From positions 1,088,001 to 1,152,000 of the forward strand of contig JAXGMI010000001.1 in assembly GCA_040768745.1 (NCBI GenBank): a DNA stretch of 64,000 nucleotides, read 5' to 3'. The notes beneath the pieces are model-generated. The model had not been told where the DNA came from. It worked only from the letters and a program-made list of their open reading frames with translations, and made no database searches. The position numbers were made by a program, and so were the translations under genes. Source of the DNA: Desulfomicrobium sp. Its GTDB lineage: Bacteria; Desulfobacterota; Desulfovibrionia; Desulfovibrionales; Desulfomicrobiaceae. Shown piece after piece: positions 17,840 to 26,117 of this stretch (positions within the stretch are counted from its first letter, which is position 1; every line of letters starts with the position of its first letter).

Positions 17840-19992
17840 TGGGAAAGACCCAAACAGAGGACGGTCGATCCGCAGGGGTGGCCAGAACCTGGACCATGCC
17901 TGAAAACGGCGAGCTGATCTTTGCCTTTGCGCTGGCCTTTTTCCTGAACGCGAGCATCCGGCTCATCGAGTACGGGGCCTGGCAGGCGGAGCCCTTTTTC
18001 GTCGGCAACGAGCCCCTCATGGCCACCCACGACGCCTACGCGTGGCTGGCCGGGGCCAAGGGGGTGGGATACTACGCGGTATCCCGTTTCTCGGCCGTCA
18101 TCAAGTGGCTGCACGAGTTGACTGGCCTGCCGCTGGGCACCATCGGCTTCTGGCTGCCCGTGATCAGCGTGCCCTGGCTGGCCCTGCCGGCCTGCCTGCT
18201 GGCCCGCGCGCTGCATCTGACAGAGGCCGGGGCGATCTTCGCGCTGACGGCCGGATCGAGTCTGGGCTATCTGGTGCGGACCCGGCTGGGGTTCTGCGAT
18301 ACGGACCTGGTCACGCTTTTTTTCCCTCTGGCCTTTACCTGCGCACTGGTCGCGTGGCTGACGACGCAGACCCGTCCGACATGGCGGGCCCGGTCCGTGG
18401 AGCACGCCCAGGAGAACCGCCTGGCCCCGGCCCTGGCCCTCCTGGCCGGGGGAATGGGCGCACTCAACGTGTCCTTCTATCCCCAGGGCGGAAGCCTCAT
18501 CCTGGCCGTGCTGGGTGTGGCCGTGGCCCTTTCCCTGATCCTGGCCCCGGCATCCCGGCGTGGGCAGGTCTGGTGCGGGCTGCTGCTGGTCTATGCCCTG
18601 ACCTTCGGAGGATGGCCCGGGGCCGTTGCGGCACTGGGGCTTTCGGCCCTGCTTGCCTTCCGCCCCGCCTTGCTGCAGCGCAGGGAGGCCCCCGGCCTCC
18701 TGGCCCTGGCCACCGTCCTGGTGCTGTACCTGGGCGGGCTGCACGTCATGGTCATGGACTACGCGCGCATGGTCATGAACTACGCCAAGATCCACCCCGC
18801 AGACATCGCCTACAACGCCAGTTCCCTGCAACTCCCGGCCATCGCCCAGAGCGTGCGCGAGGCCCAGAACCTGCCCTGGGAGCAGGTGGCGGAACGGATT
18901 GCCGGCAGCACGGCACTCTTTCTTATTGGTCTGGCCGGCTACGGGTTTGCCGTGGTGCGCAGGCCGCAGCTGTTGCTCTTTCTGCCCTTTCTGGCCCTTG
19001 GTCTGGCCAGCGTGAAGCTCGGCAACCGTTTTTCCATGTTCGGAGGGGTGGCCCTGGGGGCTGGCTTTGGCTTCGGCTTGGCCGAACTGATGCGTCTGCT
19101 GGGGCAGGGCCAAGGCCGGCGCTGGATCGCCCAACTTCTGCTGGCCTGCTTTGCCTTCTGGCCGGCTGGGGTCATGATGCGGGACATGGGGCCCGTGCCT
19201 GTGCTGCCCAAGGTCTATGCCCAGACCTTCCTGGACCTGCGCCAGAAAACGGAACCCGACGCCAGGCTGTGGCAGTGGTGGGATTATGGCTACGCCGGGC
19301 AGTACTATGCCGAACGCGCGACCTTCGGGGACGGAGGAAACCACGACGGGGCGTGGCTGTACCCTCTGGCCCGGGTGCACAGCACCGACTCCCCGCGTCT
19401 GGCCAGCCAGATGATGCGGTTCGTGACCATGTCCCAGCGCTCGCACTCGGCGGACAAGGCGCCAGCGGCGTTCTACGGGGTGGGTCCAGTGGAGGCCTTC
19501 CAGAGCATGGGCGCGAAGAACGCCACAGCCTTTGTGGCCGGTTTGGCCCGGACAGAGATGGACTTCCCTGCCGATCTGCCGGCCCAATACCTGGTCGTGT
19601 CCTGGGAGAACCTGCGTCTGGGCGGGTGGATCGGCTATTACGGCAACTGGGACCTGGTTGCGGGCACGTCGTCTCCCGGCAAGATCCAGCAGGTGCAGGG
19701 GGAGGTCCGCATCGATTCCGGATCCGGGGCCATGATCGTGAACGGCAAGAACGTTCCGGTGGACTCCCTGGATGTGGTGGAGGAGGCCGGGACCAAACAT
19801 TTTGCATGGCCCACGGGCTCGGGCATGCACGTGCTCATCAACCAGCTCTCCAGGCAGGTCTTTCTGATGGACGAGGGGATGTACCGTTCCATGATGGTGC
19901 AGATGCTCATCGCCCCACCCGAGAAATTCGCCGAGGATTTCACCCTGGTCGTGGACAGATTCCCGTGGGTACGGGCGTACAAGGTGAGGTAG
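17836..19992 (+). CDS. pglB: STT3/PglB oligosaccharyltransferase (N-linked protein glycosylation)
   Basis: WWDYGY motif, ATHDAY, GFCDTD, SVREA, GNRF; multi-TM N-terminal half and soluble C-terminal domain. Confidence 0.92.
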   Translation: MMGKTQTEDGRSAGVARTWTMPENGELIFAFALAFFLNASIRLIEYGAWQAEPFFVGNEPLMATHDAYAWLAGAKGVGYYAVSRFSAVIKWLHELTGLPLGTIGFWLPVISVPWLALPACLLARALHLTEAGAIFALTAGSSLGYLVRTRLGFCDTDLVTLFFPLAFTCALVAWLTTQTRPTWRARSVEHAQENRLAPALALLAGGMGALNVSFYPQGGSLILAVLGVAVALSLILAPASRRGQVWCGLLLVYALTFGGWPGAVAALGLSALLAFRPALLQRREAPGLLALATVLVLYLGGLHVMVMDYARMVMNYAKIHPADIAYNASSLQLPAIAQSVREAQNLPWEQVAERIAGSTALFLIGLAGYGFAVVRRPQLLLFLPFLALGLASVKLGNRFSMFGGVALGAGFGFGLAELMRLLGQGQGRRWIAQLLLACFAFWPAGVMMRDMGPVPVLPKVYAQTFLDLRQKTEPDARLWQWWDYGYAGQYYAERATFGDGGNHDGAWLYPLARVHSTDSPRLASQMMRFVTMSQRSHSADKAPAAFYGVGPVEAFQSMGAKNATAFVAGLARTEMDFPADLPAQYLVVSWENLRLGGWIGYYGNWDLVAGTSSPGKIQQVQGEVRIDSGSGAMIVNGKNVPVDSLDVVEEAGTKHFAWPTGSGMHVLINQLSRQVFLMDEGMYRSMMVQMLIAPPEKFAEDFTLVVDRFPWVRAYKVR

Positions 19993-20025
19993 GTTGAATT
20001 GCGAAAAGGCAGTGAGGTGCGATTG

Positions 20026-20054
20026 TTGACAAAGTAAGGAATAATCCTTACATT
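20026..20054 (+). promoter_or_regulatory. Sigma70 promoter with overlapping palindromic operator for prlF-yhaV
   Basis: TTGACA-17 bp-TACATT; inverted repeat GTAAGGA-ATAA-TCCTTAC at 20034-20051. Confidence 0.75.
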
Positions 20055-20080
20055 GTGCCGAAACAAGCGGGAGAACATCC

Positions 20081-20395
20081 ATGCATACCATTCACGAAGT
20101 GGCGACGGTGACCTCGAAAGGTCAGATCACGCTGCCCAAGTCCATCCGCCAGGCCCTGGGTGTTGGTTTCGGGGGGAAGGTGTCTTTCAGCCTGCGCGGC
20201 GACGAGGTCGTCGTCACCCGCAGCGAGGAAGCCGAACACGAGGATCCGGCTATTACCCGCTTCCTGGCGCTTCTGGAAAAGGACATCGAATCCGGGCGCA
20301 ATATCCGGCCCCTTCCCGAAAGGCTTGCGCAGCGCATGGCCGCGACCCTGGACCTTCCTGCCGATGACGACATCCAGGGCGATGTGGAGTTATGA
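20081..20395 (+). CDS. prlF: PrlF (SohA)-family AbrB-fold antitoxin
   Basis: ATVTSKGQITLPKSIRQALGV; HEDPAITRFLALLEKDI; acidic tail DDDIQGDVEL. Confidence 0.85.
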   Translation: MHTIHEVATVTSKGQITLPKSIRQALGVGFGGKVSFSLRGDEVVVTRSEEAEHEDPAITRFLALLEKDIESGRNIRPLPERLAQRMAATLDLPADDDIQGDVEL

Positions 20396-20844
20396 TCGAA
20401 CGTCACGGCTGGAAACTGTTTTTCCATGCATGCATGTTGGAGCAGCTGGAAAGGCTGGATTCAGCGGCGGAGCGGGCCAGGCGAAGCGACCCTGATGGCC
20501 ATGCGTCCAACGCCAACGTGAAACTTCTGGCTGCGGTTTCCCGCCTTGTCTTAGAGACGATTCCTTCGGACCCGTCGCGTCCCGAGTATCGCCTCGGGAC
20601 GACCATGGGGACCGCCTTCCGGCATTGGCGCAGGGCCAAGATCGGAAGGCGGTTTCGCGTTTTTTTCCGGTATGACTCCGCGTCCCGGGTAATCGTCTTC
20701 GTCTGGATCAACGACGAGCAGACTCTGCGCTGCGCCGGCGGCCGGTCCGACCCGTATGTGGTGTTCAGGAAAATGCTGTCGCGTGGACATCCGCCGGATG
20801 ACTGGGATAGTCTTCTGGCCTCCTCGAGGTCAAAGGTAGGTTGA
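20392..20844 (+). CDS. yhaV: YhaV-family ribonuclease toxin
   Basis: HGWKLFFH, IPSDPSRPEYRLG, WRRAK, RVFFRYDS, WINDEQTLR, DPYVVF, GHPPDDW. Confidence 0.9.
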   Translation: MIERHGWKLFFHACMLEQLERLDSAAERARRSDPDGHASNANVKLLAAVSRLVLETIPSDPSRPEYRLGTTMGTAFRHWRRAKIGRRFRVFFRYDSASRVIVFVWINDEQTLRCAGGRSDPYVVFRKMLSRGHPPDDWDSLLASSRSKVG

Positions 20845-20958
20845 ATTGCGAAAAGTCGCGGCGAGAGAGCATCGGTCATATATGTTTGAGCATGGCTGCG
20901 GGACCTGCTAGCATTGTCGCATCTGGACATCGGTGCATCATCGCATCAAGGAGGCCTC

Positions 20959-21180
20959 CTGCGGACAACACTGGATCTTGACGAGGACATCCTGGAGCGG
21001 GCGCGGCTGCTCGCCCGGCAGCACGGCGCGTCGCTCGGTAAGGAGGTGTCGCGCCTGGTGCGCAAGGCTCTGGAGGAGCCGCCTGCGTGTCATGACGGGG
21101 TCGGTGTGGCCGGATTCGAGCCCTTCCCGGCCGAGGGGCGGGTGGTGACGGATGCTCATCGCAAAACCGCGCCCTTTTGA
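20959..21180 (+). pseudogene. Orphan VapB/RHH-type antitoxin remnant
   Basis: AAGGAGG RBS followed by CTG (not ATG) then RTTLDLDEDILERARLLARQ...VSRLVRKAL...GFEPFPAEGRVVT; no toxin gene follows. Confidence 0.6.
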
Positions 21181-21237
21181 ACCGCACTTCGAACTCGTGG
21201 ACGACAGGAACCCGTGGACACGGGTGTACAGGGCCAG

Positions 21238-21846
21238 ATGATGAAACGAGCGCTGGACCTTCTGGTTTCCTCCGTGACGCTGTGCGTGCTGTCTCCGCTG
21301 CTGGCCGCGATCGGAGCGGCAGTTTGGTGGCAGATGGGCTGGCCGGTCCTGTTCACGCAGATCCGTCCCGGCCTGCATGGCCGTCCGTTCCGGATGATCA
21401 AATTCCGGACCATGACCGCGCAGGCTGACGCCCAGGGCGCTCCCCTGCCCGACGCCCAGCGGCTGACTAGGCTGGGACGGTTTTTGCGGGGCACGTCCCT
21501 GGACGAACTCCCGGAACTGTGGAACGTGCTCAAGGGGGACATGAGCCTGGTCGGGCCGCGGCCATTGCTGATGGAATACCTGCCCCTCTATTCCCCCGGA
21601 CAGGCCCGGCGACACGAGGTCCGGCCCGGCATCACCGGCTGGGCCCAGGTCAACGGGCGCAATGCCTTGAGCTGGGAGGAGAAGTTCGCCCTGGATGTCT
21701 GGTACGTGGACAACCAGAGTCTGACCTTGGACCTGAAAATTCTGTGGCTGACCGTGAAATCGGTCCTGCGGCGGGAAGGAATCAGCGCGGAGGGGCACGA
21801 GACCATGCCGAAATTCGAGGGCTCATCTCACAGGAACGCACAATGA
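21238..21846 (+). CDS. pglC: PglC-like monotopic phosphoglycosyl transferase
   Basis: KRALD, RPGLHGRPF.MIKFRTM, LPDAQRLT, SLDELPELWNVLKGDMSLVGPRP. Confidence 0.9.
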   Translation: MMKRALDLLVSSVTLCVLSPLLAAIGAAVWWQMGWPVLFTQIRPGLHGRPFRMIKFRTMTAQADAQGAPLPDAQRLTRLGRFLRGTSLDELPELWNVLKGDMSLVGPRPLLMEYLPLYSPGQARRHEVRPGITGWAQVNGRNALSWEEKFALDVWYVDNQSLTLDLKILWLTVKSVLRREGISAEGHETMPKFEGSSHRNAQ

Positions 21847-22466
21847 CTGACGTGTATATCATCGGGGCGAGCGGCCACGGCAAGGTCGTGCAGGCGGCCC
21901 TCCGCACCATGGGGATGCCCGTGGGGGGGTTTTTCGACGACGATCCGGGGTTGCTGGGAGGATCTGTCTGCGGCATCCCCGTGCTCGGACCGGTCAGGGA
22001 TTTTGGCCTTCTTGAACGCCCGAGAGGCGTGATCGCCATCGGAAAGGCCACAATCCGGCAAAGGACTGCACAGTCCTTCCCACAGGCCGAGTGGTTGCGT
22101 GTCGTGCACGCCTCGTCCTGGGTCGATATTTCAGTCGATGTGGGGGATGGTTCCATCGTCTGTGCCGGCGGGGTGGTGCAGCCAGACAGCGTGCTGGGCA
22201 GGCATTGCATCATCAACACAGGAGCGACGATTGATCATGACTGTCGCGTCGGCGATTACGCGCATGTTTGTCCCGGGGCGCACCTCGGAGGAAACGTGCA
22301 TGTGGGGACTGGATCCTGGATCGGCATCGGCAGTCAGGTCATCCAGGGCGTGGCGATCGGGGCAAACGTGACTGTGGGGGCAGGATCTACAGTGTTGCGC
22401 GACGTACCGGACAACGCGGTTGTCGTCGGCTCGCCGGCAAGGATTGTGAGGTACGACCGATGCTGA
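21843..22466 (+). CDS. pglD: PglD/NeuD-family sugar acetyltransferase
   Basis: IIGASGHGKVV, hexapeptide repeats, INTGATIDHDC, VVVGSPAR. Confidence 0.85.
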   Translation: MTDVYIIGASGHGKVVQAALRTMGMPVGGFFDDDPGLLGGSVCGIPVLGPVRDFGLLERPRGVIAIGKATIRQRTAQSFPQAEWLRVVHASSWVDISVDVGDGSIVCAGGVVQPDSVLGRHCIINTGATIDHDCRVGDYAHVCPGAHLGGNVHVGTGSWIGIGSQVIQGVAIGANVTVGAGSTVLRDVPDNAVVVGSPARIVRYDRC

Positions 22467-23656
22467 AAAGCGGGTTTTCTCCCTGGCCGCATTTTGCCGC
22501 GGACGAGCGCGAGGCCGTGCAGCGCGTGCTGGAGTCCGGCCGGGTCAACTACTGGACCGGCGAGGAATGCCGCCTGTTCGAGGCCGAATACGCGGCCTAC
22601 GTCGGGCGGCGGCACGCCATCGCCCTGGCCAACGGGACCGTGGCCCTGGAACTGGCCCTGCAGGCCTTTGGGGTCGGCCCCGGCGACGAGGTGGTGACCA
22701 CGTGCTGGTCCTTCATCGCCTCTGCCAGTTGCGCCGTGGCCAGGGGGGCCGTGCCCGTTCTGGCGGACGTGGACCCCGAGTCCCGCAACATCACCGCCGA
22801 CAGCATCGGCCGGGTCCTCACCCCCCGGACCAGAGCCATTGTCTGCGTGCATCTGGTGGGTTGGCCCTGCGACATGGACCCGATCATGGATCTGGCGCGG
22901 GAGCGCGGGCTCCTCGTCATCGAGGACTGCGCCCAGGCCCACGGCGCCCGGTACAAGGGCCGCCCCGTGGGTTCTTTCGGTCATGCCGCGGCGTTTTCCT
23001 TTTGCCAGGACAAGATCGTGACCACCGGCGGCGAGGGGGGCATGCTGCTCCTGGATGACGAAGAGGCCTGGAAGCGGGCCTGGGCCTACAAGGACCATGG
23101 CAAGAGCTGGGACGCGGTGCACCGGAGGGACCATCCGGCCGGGTTCCGCTGGGTGCACGAGTCCTTCGGGACCAACTGGCGCATGACCGAGATGCAGGCC
23201 GCCATCGGCCGGGTCCAGCTCGGCAAGCTGGATGGCTGGGTCGCCCGGCGCAGGCGCAATGCCGGCCTGCTGGCCGGACGGTTGGGAACTGTGCCCGGGG
23301 TGGGCATCGAGTCTCCAGGTCCTGATTTTTTCCATGCCTATTACAAGCTCTACGTCACGCTGGAACCCGGGGCCCTGGCCAGGGGATGGAGCCGGGACCG
23401 GGTGGTGGCCGAAATCAATGCCGCCGGCCTGCCCTGTCTTGCAGGAGTCTGCCCGGAAATGTACAGGGAGCAGGCCTTTGTGCGGGCCGGTTACGTCCCT
23501 GAAAAACCGTTTCCCGTGGCCCGGGACCTTGGTTCCCGGAGCCTGCTGCTCCTGGTCCACCCGACGCTGACAGACGAGGACCTGCACCGCTACGCCGGCG
23601 CGGTGGAGCGGGTCCTGCACTCCGCGCTGCGCAATCCGGGGGCCATTGACCCATGA
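22460..23656 (+). CDS. pglE: PglE-type DegT-family aminotransferase
   Basis: SGRVNYWTG, IEDCAQAHGA, FSFCQDKIVTTGGEGG; lies between pglD and pglF. Confidence 0.85.
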   Translation: MLKSGFSPWPHFAADEREAVQRVLESGRVNYWTGEECRLFEAEYAAYVGRRHAIALANGTVALELALQAFGVGPGDEVVTTCWSFIASASCAVARGAVPVLADVDPESRNITADSIGRVLTPRTRAIVCVHLVGWPCDMDPIMDLARERGLLVIEDCAQAHGARYKGRPVGSFGHAAAFSFCQDKIVTTGGEGGMLLLDDEEAWKRAWAYKDHGKSWDAVHRRDHPAGFRWVHESFGTNWRMTEMQAAIGRVQLGKLDGWVARRRRNAGLLAGRLGTVPGVGIESPGPDFFHAYYKLYVTLEPGALARGWSRDRVVAEINAAGLPCLAGVCPEMYREQAFVRAGYVPEKPFPVARDLGSRSLLLLVHPTLTDEDLHRYAGAVERVLHSALRNPGAIDP

Positions 23657-25554
23657 GCCTGCTGCGCAACAGAAACTTCTACATCATGCTCCTCGGAGAG
23701 GCCGGGCTGTTTGCCCTGGCCCTGTTCGTGGCCTACGGCCTGCGCTTCGAGTTCGAGATCCCGGGGCAGTATCTCCGGCAGATGCTCCTCCTGCTCCCGG
23801 CCAGCGTGCTCAGCAAGCTGGTTTTCTTCGGGGCCATGGGCCTGTACCGGGGCATGTGGCGGTACACCGGGCTGGCGGACCTGTGGCGCATCGCCCGGGC
23901 GATCATCCTGGCCGAGATCTGCCTGGTCCTGTACACGGTCTTTGTCCGCCATTTCCAGGGCTACCCCCGTTCGGTCTTCATCCTGGACCCCCTCCTGTCC
24001 TTTGTTTTTGCCTGCGGCGCGCGGGTCTTCATCCGCTCCATGTACGAAATCTCGTCCAGCCCCCTGGACTGGATCCTGTCCTTTGTCCCCTTCAGGCTGC
24101 GGTCCCCCCGGCCCGGGGCCAGGGCCCTCATCGTCGGGGCCGACGACGAGGCGGCGCGCATGGCCAAGGAAATCCTGGGCCTGCGGGACTCCGGGCTGCA
24201 CCTGCTCGGGTTCGTGGACGACGACGCTTCCCGCATCGGCCGGCGCATCCACGACCTGCCCGTGTTCGGGCCCCTGGACCGGCTGACGGACGTGGCCAGC
24301 TCCGTGGGGGCCGAGGAGGTGCTGGTCAGCGCCTCCAGGAGCATCGCCGGCGGGCCGCGGCATATCATGGAGGCCTGCGAGGCGGCCCGGGTCCGCGTCA
24401 AGAAGCTGCCGGCCCTGGCCGACATCGCCAACGGCAGGGTGTCCATCAAGGCCCTGCGGGACGTGCGCTTCGAGGACCTGCTGGGCCGGGCCGAGGTGCA
24501 CCTGGACGTGGCCGGCATCCAGGGCTACCTGCGGGACAAGGTCGTGCTGGTGACCGGGGCCGGGGGGTCCATCGGCGCGGAGCTGTGCCGCCAGATCCTG
24601 CGTTTCGGGCCGCGGTCCATCGTCCTCTACGACGCCGGGGAGGCCAACCTGTACGGCATCGAGATGGAGCTCAAGCACGAGCGCGGGTTCGACCGCTATG
24701 TCCCGGTCCTGGGCCAGGTCCAGGACGAGGTCCTGCTGGACCAGGTCTTTGCCCGGCACAGGCCGCAGGTCGTGTTCCACGCCGCGGCCTACAAGCACGT
24801 GCCCATGCTGGAGCTCAATCCCTGGCAGGCCGTGACCAACAACATCGTGGGCTCGCAAACCGTCATGGAGGCCGCGGTCCGGTTCGGGGCGGAGCGCTTC
24901 GTGCTCGTGTCCACGGACAAGGCCGTGCGGCCGACCAACGTCATGGGCGCGTCCAAGCGCGTGGCGGAGCTGATCATGCGCGGCATGCAGGGGGGCAGCA
25001 CCGCCTTCATGGCCGTGCGCTTCGGCAACGTGCTGGGCTCGTCGGGATCGGTCATCCCCCTGTTCCGGCGCCAGATCGGGCACGGCGGGCCGGTCACGGT
25101 CACCCATCCGGAGGTGACCCGCTATTTCATGACCATCCCCGAGGCGGCCCAGCTCATCGTCCAGGCCGGGGCCCTGGGCCGGGGCGGAGAGATTTTCCTG
25201 CTCAAGATGGGCCAGCCCGTGCGCATCGCGGACCTGGCCCGGGACCTCATCGTGCTGTCAGGCAAGGATCCCGCTGAAATCGAGATCAGGTTCACGGGGC
25301 TGCGGCCGGGTGAAAAGCTCTACGAAGAGCTCATCACGGCCGGGGAGGGGGTCGTGCAGACCGGGCACGACAAGATCATGGTCCTGGAACAGCTGGGGCT
25401 GACCCCGGCCCGGCCGGGCATCGAAACCCTGGTGCAGGCGGCCCAGGCCTTTGACGGCGACGCCGTGCGGGGTGAGCTGGCGCGGCTGGTGCCGGAGTAC
25501 TGTCCCGCCCGCACGCCTGTGAAGCACGCCCTGGACCCTGCCGCCGGCAGGTGA
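23653..25554 (+). CDS. pglF: PglF/CapD UDP-GlcNAc 4,6-dehydratase
   Basis: N-terminal TM helices; VTGAGGSIG, HAAAYKHVP, STDKAVRPTNVMGASK, RFGNVLGSSGSV, GLRPGEKLYEEL. Confidence 0.92.
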   Translation: MSLLRNRNFYIMLLGEAGLFALALFVAYGLRFEFEIPGQYLRQMLLLLPASVLSKLVFFGAMGLYRGMWRYTGLADLWRIARAIILAEICLVLYTVFVRHFQGYPRSVFILDPLLSFVFACGARVFIRSMYEISSSPLDWILSFVPFRLRSPRPGARALIVGADDEAARMAKEILGLRDSGLHLLGFVDDDASRIGRRIHDLPVFGPLDRLTDVASSVGAEEVLVSASRSIAGGPRHIMEACEAARVRVKKLPALADIANGRVSIKALRDVRFEDLLGRAEVHLDVAGIQGYLRDKVVLVTGAGGSIGAELCRQILRFGPRSIVLYDAGEANLYGIEMELKHERGFDRYVPVLGQVQDEVLLDQVFARHRPQVVFHAAAYKHVPMLELNPWQAVTNNIVGSQTVMEAAVRFGAERFVLVSTDKAVRPTNVMGASKRVAELIMRGMQGGSTAFMAVRFGNVLGSSGSVIPLFRRQIGHGGPVTVTHPEVTRYFMTIPEAAQLIVQAGALGRGGEIFLLKMGQPVRIADLARDLIVLSGKDPAEIEIRFTGLRPGEKLYEELITAGEGVVQTGHDKIMVLEQLGLTPARPGIETLVQAAQAFDGDAVRGELARLVPEYCPARTPVKHALDPAAGR

Positions 25555-25766
25555 CGCTTTGCCTCGGCAATCAGGCCCCGGGCTGCCTTCGTCTTGACAG
25601 GCCGGGGTGATGCGCGCAATGGAGTCAGGCCACCTGTCCCCCGTGCGTCATGGGCCAGGTCGGGCCGGATCCGTGTTCTGAGGCTGGCTCCAGCCAAACC
25701 GCAGGGGCTGTCAGCACATTGTGATGATCCAATCGTATCCGCCGCAAGGAAGTGGGGTTGACGGCA

Positions 25767-26021
25767 ATGGACACTGGCGTGTTGATCGCGGTCCAGATCA
25801 TCGGACTCTACGTCTGTCTGGGGCCCTTTGTCTGTCTGGGGCTCTACGTCCTCTTTGACCGGCTGGCGGAGCGCAGGTTCGAACCCCCGAAGGCCGGGGA
25901 CGTGGAGGATGAAGATCCGGCCCTGTGGACCCCGGCGCAGGTGGATGAGTTTCTGGCCCGCAAGAACATGTTTGATTCCTTGACAATGTCTGCCCCGAAC
26001 TCGCATATCCGACGAGGGTGA
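25767..26021 (+). CDS. Small hypothetical membrane protein
   Basis: Hydrophobic N-terminus followed by an acidic tail; GC-rich codon usage; no family recognised. Confidence 0.4.
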   Translation: MDTGVLIAVQIIGLYVCLGPFVCLGLYVLFDRLAERRFEPPKAGDVEDEDPALWTPAQVDEFLARKNMFDSLTMSAPNSHIRRG

Positions 26022-26117
26022 GCGGTCGGCCCGGCGGTGTGCAATCCCTGATCCGGGACCCCCCAATGCGTGTCGGCACCTGCGGTGCCGCAACGAGGTG
26101 TGCGTACAGCGGAACAT

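Larger units (their letters stand above)
19987..20855 (+). repeat. Perfect 22-bp direct repeats AGGTAGGTTGAATTGCGAAAAG (19987-20008 and 20834-20855) bounding the prlF-yhaV module
   Basis: Both copies read directly; copy 1 contains the pglB TAG, copy 2 contains the yhaV TGA. Confidence 0.9.
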
